A stretch of 64,000 nucleotides of DNA, taken from NCBI GenBank assembly GCA_047602405.1, contig JASGHJ010000001.1:1472001-1536000 (forward strand), in the 5' to 3' direction. Below the pieces are notes generated by a model. It did no database searches. It saw only the letters and a list, made by a program, of their open reading frames with translations, and was not told where the DNA came from. The position numbers and the translations under genes are program-made. This document shows, in pieces, positions 47,570-55,492 of this stretch (position 1 is the first letter of the stretch; each line of letters starts with the position of its first letter). The DNA is from Anaeromyxobacteraceae bacterium (GTDB lineage: Bacteria > Myxococcota > Myxococcia > Myxococcales > Anaeromyxobacteraceae).

Positions 47570-48637
47570 ATGATGCTCACCCTCGCCCTCGCCCTCGCCC
47601 TCGGCGCGGGCCCCGCCCCCGCCGGCCACGCGGCCGACGCTGCGCTGCAGAACGCCGTGCTGAAGGACGCCCGCTCCACCTTCCAAGTGCTGCCCGCGAA
47701 GGCCCCCGCCCTCGCGAAGAACCCGGCCTCCCCCGCCGCGATCGAGCTCGGGAAGGCCCTCTACTTCGATCCGCGCCTGTCGGCCTCCCAGCTCATCAGC
47801 TGCAACACGTGCCACAACGTGGGCCTCGGCGGCGCCGACCTGCAGGCGACCTCGGTCGGCCACGGCTGGCAGAAGGGCCCGCGCAACGCCCCCACCGTGC
47901 TGAACGCGGTCCACAACGGCGCGCAGTTCTGGGACGGCCGCGCGGCCGACCTGGCGGAGCAGGCGAAGGGCCCGATGCAGGCGTCGGTGGAGATGGCGAA
48001 CCGGCCCGAGCAGGTCGTCGCCACGCTGAAGAGCATCCCGGGCTACGCGCCGATGTTCCAGAGCGCGTTCCCCGGCGCGAAGGACCCGATCACCTTCGAC
48101 AACGTCGCGAAGGCGATCGAGCTCTTCGAGGCGACGCTCGTCACGCCCGGCGCGCCGTTCGACCGCTGGCTCGCGGGCGACGCGAAGGCGCTCCCGGCCG
48201 AGGCGAAGGCCGGCGCGAAGGTGTTCATGGACAGGGGCTGCGCCGCGTGCCACGGCGGCGTGAACGTGGGCGGCTCGGGCTACTACACCTTCGGCGCCGC
48301 CGAGGCGCCGTCGGTCGCGGTCCGGCCGGCGGCCGACGTGGGCCGCATGAAGGTGACGAACGACAAGGCGGACGAGTACGGCTTCCGCTCGCCGACGCTC
48401 CGCAACGTCGAGCTCACGGCGCCGTACTTCCACTCCGGCGCGGTCTGGAGCCTCGACGAGGCCGTCGCGATCATGGCGAAGAGCCAGCTCGGCCAGGACC
48501 TCCCGCCCGCCGAGGTCGCGCAGGTCTCGGCGTTCCTCCGGGCGCTCACCGGCAAGCAGCCGGTGGTGCCGTACCCGGTCCTGCCGCCGGGTGGCCCGGC
48601 GACGCCGAAGCCGGTGCTGACGGTGCAGCCGGGTTAG
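47570..48637 (+). CDS. Di-haem cytochrome c peroxidase, copy 2
   Basis: GGAGG RBS; same motifs as copy 1, with CNTCH and CAACH. Confidence 0.93.
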   Translation: MMLTLALALALGAGPAPAGHAADAALQNAVLKDARSTFQVLPAKAPALAKNPASPAAIELGKALYFDPRLSASQLISCNTCHNVGLGGADLQATSVGHGWQKGPRNAPTVLNAVHNGAQFWDGRAADLAEQAKGPMQASVEMANRPEQVVATLKSIPGYAPMFQSAFPGAKDPITFDNVAKAIELFEATLVTPGAPFDRWLAGDAKALPAEAKAGAKVFMDRGCAACHGGVNVGGSGYYTFGAAEAPSVAVRPAADVGRMKVTNDKADEYGFRSPTLRNVELTAPYFHSGAVWSLDEAVAIMAKSQLGQDLPPAEVAQVSAFLRALTGKQPVVPYPVLPPGGPATPKPVLTVQPG

Positions 48638-48640
48638 CTC

Positions 48641-50083
48641 CAATGCCGCTCACTTAAGCCCTCGGCGTTTCCGGGGGTAGTTGCTCATCTTGATCTTCAC
48701 GGCCCTCGGGTAGGACCGCAGCCGTCGCTTCGGCAGGATGAAGTGCACGACGTCTTCCCGGAGGCGGCGGAGGTGCTCCGGGATGCGTCCCGCGCTCTCT
48801 AGGGAGAGCGTTAGGAGGGCGTGCTCGATGTACATGAGCGCGTTCTTGAAGCTGACGCGGTCGGGCGTGACGCCGGCGTCCTCGGCCATGCGCTCCATCT
48901 CGAGCCGGACGAGGTTGTACGCGAGGGCGAGGCCCCAGAGCTCCTGGGAGACGCCGCGAGGAGTCCTGCTGCGCGTCGTCTCCTCGCGGTCGAGCATGAC
49001 AGTCTTGACCTCGTCGTAGCCGAGCTCGATCTCCCAGCGCTCGTGGTAGAGCGCGACGATCTCGGCCGCCGGGTAAACCTCCGGGTCCGTCATCGACGTC
49101 AGCAGGGTCTGAGGCTTGAAGCCCTTCCGCTGATAGCGGATCGCCCGCATCTCCCAGCGCTCGGGGAGGTCAGGGTTCTCTCGGCGGGCGTCCCGGTGGA
49201 CGGTCTTCTCGACGAGCCAGTCGCCGCGCCCGAGCGAGCGGACTACCTTCCAGGCCGTGTCGCTCTTCGCGCGGATGAGCCAGTGCCTTCGATGCCCGTG
49301 GCTCGCAATGCCGATGAGCAGCGCCGACGAGAGGAAGTTGCGATCCACGATGCACAGCGACTCGTCCGGCACGAGCGGCCACAACTCCCTGGCGAGAGCG
49401 ATCTCGCTGCCCGACTGTGGACCGAAGCGGGCCGCCGCCAGCAGGTGCGAGCGGAGGGCCATCAGCGTGACGAGGCGTGCCATCGGATACGCGCTCTCGC
49501 CTCGGGAGCTCACGGCGTAGCCGAAATGATCGCGGTTCGCTTCGGAGTCCGGGAGACGGACGGTCGTGCCGTCCACGCCGTAGACGGCGAGCCCGCGCCA
49601 CGCGTGCCGGCGCGCACTCTCGTGCGCCCACTTTTCGGCGCTGCGTTCGAACAGCCAGCGGATGGGCTCGCTGCCCAGCCGCTCGCGCGCCTGGGTCACC
49701 GAACTCGAGGCCGCGCGCGGGCGCCGCCCCGGTAGCGCGAGATCGAGCTCCGCGACGATCTCGGCGATGGGCTTGTTACGGTAGATGCCCATCCCGAGCA
49801 CGAGCCAGACGACCTGCTCGGCTGGAAGGCGGCGCCGGCGGATGGTGGCCGTCCCGGTGGCCTGAAGGGCTTCCTCGATCCATTCGGGATCGAGGCTCGC
49901 CTGGAACCTATCCAGCAACTCGCCCGAGCTGTCCTCTTGGGCGGAAACGGGGCGACGCGGCATGGGATCGCCCTCCGGGCGATCGCCGCATCATGATCTC
50001 CTGGATCGCCGCGGCAACTCTGCTGCCCCGGCCTCCAAAATCCCCATCGGTCTCGATCGGTTGGCGCTAACCGATCGGCATTG
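48641..50083 (-). mobile_element. IS4-family insertion sequence (1443 bp)
   Basis: Terminal IRs CAATGCCGCTCACTTA and (reverse complement) CAATGCCGATCGGTTA; 10-bp direct repeat GGGTTAGCTC at 48631-48640 and 50084-50093. Confidence 0.92.
48650..49963 (-). CDS. IS4-family DDE transposase
   Basis: RRRRLPAEQVVWL N-terminus, VDGT, DRNF, YHERWEIELGYDEVK (YREK motif), RSYPRAVK. Confidence 0.95.
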   Translation of the reverse strand: MPRRPVSAQEDSSGELLDRFQASLDPEWIEEALQATGTATIRRRRLPAEQVVWLVLGMGIYRNKPIAEIVAELDLALPGRRPRAASSSVTQARERLGSEPIRWLFERSAEKWAHESARRHAWRGLAVYGVDGTTVRLPDSEANRDHFGYAVSSRGESAYPMARLVTLMALRSHLLAAARFGPQSGSEIALARELWPLVPDESLCIVDRNFLSSALLIGIASHGHRRHWLIRAKSDTAWKVVRSLGRGDWLVEKTVHRDARRENPDLPERWEMRAIRYQRKGFKPQTLLTSMTDPEVYPAAEIVALYHERWEIELGYDEVKTVMLDREETTRSRTPRGVSQELWGLALAYNLVRLEMERMAEDAGVTPDRVSFKNALMYIEHALLTLSLESAGRIPEHLRRLREDVVHFILPKRRLRSYPRAVKIKMSNYPRKRRGLK

Positions 50084-50086
50084 GGG

Positions 50087-50704
50087 TTAGCTCGGCGCGC
50101 CCGCCGGCGGCAGCTCGGCGACGAAGCTCACCTTCGCGAACCCGAGCCCCAGGAGGAGGCCCCGGATCGCCCGCTCCGCCGAGGCGCGGGCCCTCTCCTG
50201 GAGCGCGCGGTCGCGGCCCACCTCCTCCTCGAACGCGCGCTTCGCGAGCTCGAGGAGGCGGGCGGTCTCGGCGGAGTCGAGGTTCGAGCCGAGGACCTCG
50301 GTGTCGCCCGGCCGGAGCTCGACCCGCACCGCCGCCGGCGGGAGCACCACGAACACCTCGCGGCCGGCGACGCGCAGCGCCGAGCCGTCGAGCCGCGAGA
50401 GATCGAGCCCGACGCTCGCGTCGGCGAAGACGATCGCGCGGCCGCGGGGCGCGTTCAGCGAGTAGCGCACCCACCCCGCGACGTCCTCGGCGAGGGTCCT
50501 CCCCGCCTCCGGCTCCGGCGCGAACGAGATCTTCTTCCAGAGCCGGACGTCGAGCGTCTCGAGCCGGGCGACCTCGCGGACGGCGACGACGACCGCCGGC
50601 GGGTCGGGGAGGGCGGTCGCGTTCGAGCGGCCGAGGCGCAACACGAGCCCGACGCCCACGCCGATGGCGAGGCCGAAGAGGACGAGGAGGACGAGGCGGC
50701 GCAT
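50087..50704 (-). CDS. DUF4230-like protein
   Basis: N-terminal TM, ARLETL, VGLDLSRL, V.LPP, RARASAERAIRGLL..LGF..V. Confidence 0.7.
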   Translation of the reverse strand: MRRLVLLVLFGLAIGVGVGLVLRLGRSNATALPDPPAVVVAVREVARLETLDVRLWKKISFAPEPEAGRTLAEDVAGWVRYSLNAPRGRAIVFADASVGLDLSRLDGSALRVAGREVFVVLPPAAVRVELRPGDTEVLGSNLDSAETARLLELAKRAFEEEVGRDRALQERARASAERAIRGLLLGLGFAKVSFVAELPPAGAPS

Positions 50705-50707
50705 GTG

Positions 50708-51202
50708 TCAGCTCTTCCGCTTCCTCGCGGACGTCGGCTTCTTCCGCGGCGCCGCCCGCTTCGGTGCGGGCTTCCTCTTCACGGCCGTCTTCTTCGCGGC
50801 ATTCTTCTTCCCGGCCGGGGCATTCTCCTTCGCCTTCCGCCGCTCCGCCTTCGCGCGCGCGGCGGCGTCCTTCGCCGCCTTCTTGCGGAGCGCCGCGGCG
50901 AGCCCGAGCTCCGCCCACGGCCGCATCGCCTCCGGGTCCTCGTGCGCCCCGTCGGGCGGCCGCCAGTAGCTCGTCTCCTCCATGCCGGCCCCGGGGTAGA
51001 CCCACATCCTGCAGCCCGCGTCGACGAACGTCGGCCGCGAGAGCTCGTCGGTCTTCACGAACAGCTCGTCGTCGTCGAGCAGGCCGAACATCACGCCGCG
51101 GCAGTAGACGCCGTGGCCGCCGAACATCCGCCGCGCCTGGACCGGGCCGACCGAGGAGAGGAGCTCGAGCGCGTGCTCGACGAAGGACGGGGCGTTCGCC
51201 AT
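50708..51202 (-). CDS. TfoX/Sxy N-terminal domain protein with Lys/Ala-rich tail
   Basis: RRMFGGHGVY...MFGLL...LFVK; GGAGG before ATG. Confidence 0.82.
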   Translation of the reverse strand: MANAPSFVEHALELLSSVGPVQARRMFGGHGVYCRGVMFGLLDDDELFVKTDELSRPTFVDAGCRMWVYPGAGMEETSYWRPPDGAHEDPEAMRPWAELGLAAALRKKAAKDAAARAKAERRKAKENAPAGKKNAAKKTAVKRKPAPKRAAPRKKPTSARKRKS

Positions 51203-51248
51203 GGAGCCTCCGGCAGCGGATGCGCTGCGCCGATGGGAGACCACCAGC

Positions 51249-52433
51249 CTACTCGAACAGCCGCCCCGCGATCGACGAGTGAAGGTCCATCCCCCGGGAG
51301 GTGAGGACGAGGCGGGCCTGGCCGCCGCTGCCCGCCCGCCACACCGCGAGCCGCCGGGCCACGAGCCGCTCCGCCTCCTCGCGCTGCCGTGGCGTGAGCC
51401 CCGCGCCCGGCGCCCCGGCGCGCGTGCGGAGCGCGAGCATCAGCCGCTCGTTCGCCTCGGCCGCGTCGTCGAAGCGGTCTTCCTCCGCCGTCGGCAGCCT
51501 TCCCTCGGCCACCGCCGCCACGTACGCCCGCGCGTCCCGCAGGTTTCCCCACCGCACGGTGCCCTCGATGCTGCTGCCGATGCCGCTGCCGATGCTGCTC
51601 CTGCTCCTCGAGCATCCCCACGCGCCCGCGCCGACGCCGAGGTAGCTGTCGCCCGACCAGTAGAGCCCGTTGTGCACCGAGGCCCGGCCCGGCGCGGCGA
51701 AGTTCGAGATCTCGTACCGGCGGAGCCCCGCCCGCCGCAGCGCCGCGCGGATGGCGGCGCCCTGCGCGGTCGTCTCCTCGTCGGAGGGGAGCGGCAGCCG
51801 CCCCTGCCGCCGCATCCGGGCGAGCGGCGTCTCCTCGGCGAGCACCTCGGTGTCGAGCGTGAGCGCGTAGGCCGACACGTGCACCGCCCCGAGGGCGGCG
51901 GCGTGCGCGGCGTCTCTGCGCGCGGACTCGACCGTCGAGCGGCGCGCGCCGTAGATGAGGTCGACCGAGACGTTCGGGATCACGGCCGCGCACAGCCGGA
52001 TGGCGCGCTCGGCCGCCTCGGGCCCGTGGCGCCGGCCCAGCTTCGCGAGGACGCCCGGGTCGAACGACTGCACCCCGATCGACACCCGGTTCACGCCCGC
52101 CGCCCGCCACGCCTGCACCCGGCCGGGGTCGCAGGACTCGGGGTTGACCTCCAGCGTCGTCTCGGCGCCCTCCGGCAGCCCCAGCCGACGCGCTGCGCCG
52201 ACCACCTGGGCGATCTCCGCGGGACTCCAGAGCGACGGCGTGCCGCCGCCCAGGTACAGGCTCGCAGCCGACAGGCCCTCGAACGCAGCCGAGCGCGCGC
52301 GGAGCTCCGCGAGCACCGCGGCGACGTAGCTGCCGTCCCCCGGCACCGGGTCGGTCGTGACCGCGAAGTCGCAGTACGGGCAGCGGTGCGCGCAGTACGG
52401 GAAGTGGACGTAGATCCCGTACGGGAGGCCCAT
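51249..52433 (-). CDS. hemW: Radical SAM haem chaperone HemW (HemN-like)
   Basis: YVHFPYCAHRCPYCDF, GGGTPS, EVNP, RVSIGVQSF, YEISNFA, HNGLYW. Confidence 0.88.
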   Translation of the reverse strand: MGLPYGIYVHFPYCAHRCPYCDFAVTTDPVPGDGSYVAAVLAELRARSAAFEGLSAASLYLGGGTPSLWSPAEIAQVVGAARRLGLPEGAETTLEVNPESCDPGRVQAWRAAGVNRVSIGVQSFDPGVLAKLGRRHGPEAAERAIRLCAAVIPNVSVDLIYGARRSTVESARRDAAHAAALGAVHVSAYALTLDTEVLAEETPLARMRRQGRLPLPSDEETTAQGAAIRAALRRAGLRRYEISNFAAPGRASVHNGLYWSGDSYLGVGAGAWGCSRSRSSIGSGIGSSIEGTVRWGNLRDARAYVAAVAEGRLPTAEEDRFDDAAEANERLMLALRTRAGAPGAGLTPRQREEAERLVARRLAVWRAGSGGQARLVLTSRGMDLHSSIAGRLFE

Positions 52434-52577
52434 GGCCGTTGACATACGGCGGGCGCCGGACGAAGTCGACATCGGACGGGAGACGTGGTTTCCTCCCGCG
52501 GATTTCACGCACCTCTTTCCGCAGGTCCGCCGCCGCGGCCTGCAGCCCAGCAGCCCTGCTGCTCGACGAGGGAACGC

Positions 52578-54629
52578 ATGGCCGAGCCCGCGCTCAAGGA
52601 CTTCAAGCCCTACATCCCGGCCGAGACCGCCACGGTCGCCGAGTTCACGCCCAAGGCGATCGTCGCCGGCGCGCTCTTCGGCATCCTGTTCGGCGCCGCG
52701 ACCGTGTACCTCGCGCTCAAGGCCGGCCTCACGGTCTCGGCCTCGATCCCGATCGCGGTGATCGCGATCTCGCTCGGCCGGAAGTTCCTCGGCACGACCA
52801 TCCTCGAGAACAACATCATCCAGACCGCCGGCTCCGCGGGCGAGTCGATCGCCGCGGGCGTGGTCTTCACGCTGCCCGGCTTCCTCTTCCTCTCGATGGA
52901 CCCCGCGACCGGCGTCTCGGTCGGCGCCGGGTACTTCAACTACGTCACGCTGTTCATCCTGGCGCTCGTCGGCGGCATCCTCGGCGTGCTCATGATGATC
53001 CCGCTGCGCCGCTCCCTCATCGTGAAGGAGCACGGCCAGCTGCAGTACCCCGAGGGCACGGCCTGCGCCTCGGTGCTCATCGCCGGCGACAAGGGCGGCG
53101 AGTTCGCGAAGACCGCGTTCCAGGGCGTCGGCTTCGCGCTCGTCTACGCGATCCTCCAGAAGGTCTTCCACGTGATCGCGGAGGCCCCGGCCTTCATCAC
53201 GAGCCAGAAGAACAAGTGGCTGCCGAACGCCACGGTGAACGGCGAGATCACCCCCGAGTACCTCGGCGTCGGCTACATCATCGGGCCGAAGATCGCGGGC
53301 GTGCTGGTCGCCGGCGGCGTGCTCGCCTGGGTCGGCCTCATCCCGCTCCTCGCGGTGCTCGTCCCCGCGCACACGATCGCCGAGCAGCTCCCCAAGGTCG
53401 GCTCGAACCCCCTCGCCTACGGCTGGGACGCCGCGGCCGGTACCTTCACCGACCTCCCGAACGCGGTCTACCGCGCCTACATCCGCCAGATCGGCGCGGG
53501 CGCCGTGGCCGCCGGCGGCTTCATCACGCTCCTCAAGACCCTGCCCACCATCTGGGTCTCGCTGCGCGACTCCATCCGCTCGCTGAAGGACAAGTCCGCC
53601 GCGGCCGGCATCGCCCGCACGGAGCGCGACCTCTCCTTCGTGACGGTGATCATCGGGTCGGTCGCCCTCGTGCTCGTCCTCGTCGTGATGCCGCAGATCC
53701 CCGGCGAGAGCGTCTTCTCGAAGCTGATGGTCGGCCTCCTGGTCATCGTCTTCGGGTTCATCTTCGTGACGGTGTCCTCCCGCATCGTCGGCATCATCGG
53801 CTCCTCCTCGAACCCGATCTCCGGCATGACCATCGCGACGCTGATGGCGACCGCGATGGTGTTCGTGGCCTTCGGCTGGACCGGCAAGGTCTACGAGCCA
53901 ATGGCGCTCGTCGTCGGCGGCATGGTCTGCATCGCCGCGGCGAACGGCGGCGCGACGAGCCAGGACCTCAAGACCGGCTACCTCGTCGGCGCGACGCCGC
54001 GGTACCAGCAGATCGCGCTCTTCGTGGGCGCCATCGCCTCCGCGATCGTCATCGGCTTCACCGTGAAGCTCCTCGACACGCCGACCGCCGAGATGGCCGC
54101 GAAGGGCATCACCCACGCGATCGGCACGCCGCAGTTCCCGGCGCCGCAGGGCACGCTCATGGCGACCCTGATCAAGGGCCTCCTCTCCCTCAACCTCGAC
54201 TGGCACTTCGTGCTCGTCGGCGCGTTCATCGCGGTCACGATGGAGCTCTGCGACGTGAAGTCGCTCTCCTTCGCGGTCGGCCTCTACCTGCCGCTCTCGA
54301 CGACGCTCCCGATCTTCGCCGGCGGCGCGCTGAAGGGCGTCATCGACCGCTTCACCGCGAAGAAGGGCGAGAAGGCCGAGGACTCCGAGCTCGGCGGCGG
54401 CTCGCTCTTCGCGACCGGCCTCGTCGCGGGCGGCGCGCTCATGGGCGTGATCGTCGCGCTGCTCAACGTGAACGACAAGGTCAACGAGACGATCTCGAAG
54501 TGGAACGCGGAGCACGCGCTCCGCGGCGCGATCGGCGAGAGCGGCTACGAGCTCCTCGGCGTGGGCTTCTTCGCGCTGCTCGGGTTCCTGCTCTGGCGCG
54601 CGTCGAAGAAGGGCGCGCCGGAGGTCTAG
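52578..54629 (+). CDS. OPT family oligopeptide transporter
   Basis: YLALKAGLTVSASIP, ENNIIQT, YPEGTAC, NPISGMTIAT, SQDLKTG, APQGTLM. Confidence 0.92.
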   Translation: MAEPALKDFKPYIPAETATVAEFTPKAIVAGALFGILFGAATVYLALKAGLTVSASIPIAVIAISLGRKFLGTTILENNIIQTAGSAGESIAAGVVFTLPGFLFLSMDPATGVSVGAGYFNYVTLFILALVGGILGVLMMIPLRRSLIVKEHGQLQYPEGTACASVLIAGDKGGEFAKTAFQGVGFALVYAILQKVFHVIAEAPAFITSQKNKWLPNATVNGEITPEYLGVGYIIGPKIAGVLVAGGVLAWVGLIPLLAVLVPAHTIAEQLPKVGSNPLAYGWDAAAGTFTDLPNAVYRAYIRQIGAGAVAAGGFITLLKTLPTIWVSLRDSIRSLKDKSAAAGIARTERDLSFVTVIIGSVALVLVLVVMPQIPGESVFSKLMVGLLVIVFGFIFVTVSSRIVGIIGSSSNPISGMTIATLMATAMVFVAFGWTGKVYEPMALVVGGMVCIAAANGGATSQDLKTGYLVGATPRYQQIALFVGAIASAIVIGFTVKLLDTPTAEMAAKGITHAIGTPQFPAPQGTLMATLIKGLLSLNLDWHFVLVGAFIAVTMELCDVKSLSFAVGLYLPLSTTLPIFAGGALKGVIDRFTAKKGEKAEDSELGGGSLFATGLVAGGALMGVIVALLNVNDKVNETISKWNAEHALRGAIGESGYELLGVGFFALLGFLLWRASKKGAPEV

Positions 54630-54696
54630 CGGCGTCCGCGAGCGGCGCGGCCGCTGCTCCTCGAGGCGAAGAGGGGCCGCGCCGCGCCGGTCACGC

Positions 54697-55428
54697 TCAC
54701 CGGTCGTAGCGGTCGTTCCGCCACGGGTGGGCGGTGTTCGAGTACCCGTTCCTCTCCCAGAGCCCCGGCGCGTCGTGGTCGAGCACCTCGATCCGGGAGA
54801 TCCACTTCGCGCCCTTCCAGGCGTAGAGCTGCGGGGTCACCATCCGCACCGGCCCGCCGTGGTCGCGCGGGAGCGGCGCGCCGTCGACCGTGTGCGCGAC
54901 GAGCACGTCGGGCTTCAGGGCCTCCTCGAGCGGCAGGTTCGTCGAGTAGCCGTCGTACCCGTGCACGAGGAGGTGGCTCGCGCGCGCCCTCGGCGCCGCG
55001 CGCTCGAGCAGGGTCGAGGCGAGGACGCCGCGCCAGGCGAGGTCCATCCGGCTCCAGCCGGTGACGCAGTGAAAGTCGGAGACCACGTCGACCTGGGGCA
55101 GGGCGAGGAGGTCCTCGATGGAGAGGTCGAGCGGGTGCTCCACCACGCCGTCGACGGCGAGCCGCCAGCGCTCGCGCACGACGCGCACCGGGCGGCCGAG
55201 GTCGAGCACCGGCCACTTCCTCGACGCGGTCTGCCCGACCGGCAGCTTCGGCATGCCGTGCCGGTTCGACGGGCCGGAGCCGAGCGGGCGGGGGTCCGCG
55301 ACGCCGGGCGTCGCCTCCATGCGGGCGAGGAAGCGCTCCCTCAGGCGCAGCCGCGCCTCGACGATGCGCCGCTCGCGCTCGGCGTCGGGCAGGTCGGCGG
55401 CGGAGGTGGGGTCCGTCTCGGGATCCAT
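54697..55428 (-). CDS. Molybdopterin-dependent oxidoreductase (sulfite-oxidase-like, YuiH-like)
   Basis: LPVGQ...WPVL, DFHCVTGWS, HGGPVR, YAWKGAKW, WERNGY. Confidence 0.87.
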   Translation of the reverse strand: MDPETDPTSAADLPDAERERRIVEARLRLRERFLARMEATPGVADPRPLGSGPSNRHGMPKLPVGQTASRKWPVLDLGRPVRVVRERWRLAVDGVVEHPLDLSIEDLLALPQVDVVSDFHCVTGWSRMDLAWRGVLASTLLERAAPRARASHLLVHGYDGYSTNLPLEEALKPDVLVAHTVDGAPLPRDHGGPVRMVTPQLYAWKGAKWISRIEVLDHDAPGLWERNGYSNTAHPWRNDRYDR

Positions 55429-55492
55429 GCCCCTGAGTCTGTCCGGCGGGCTTCGCCGTTACAGGGCATGGATGGGGCCCCGGAGGAGCGGC

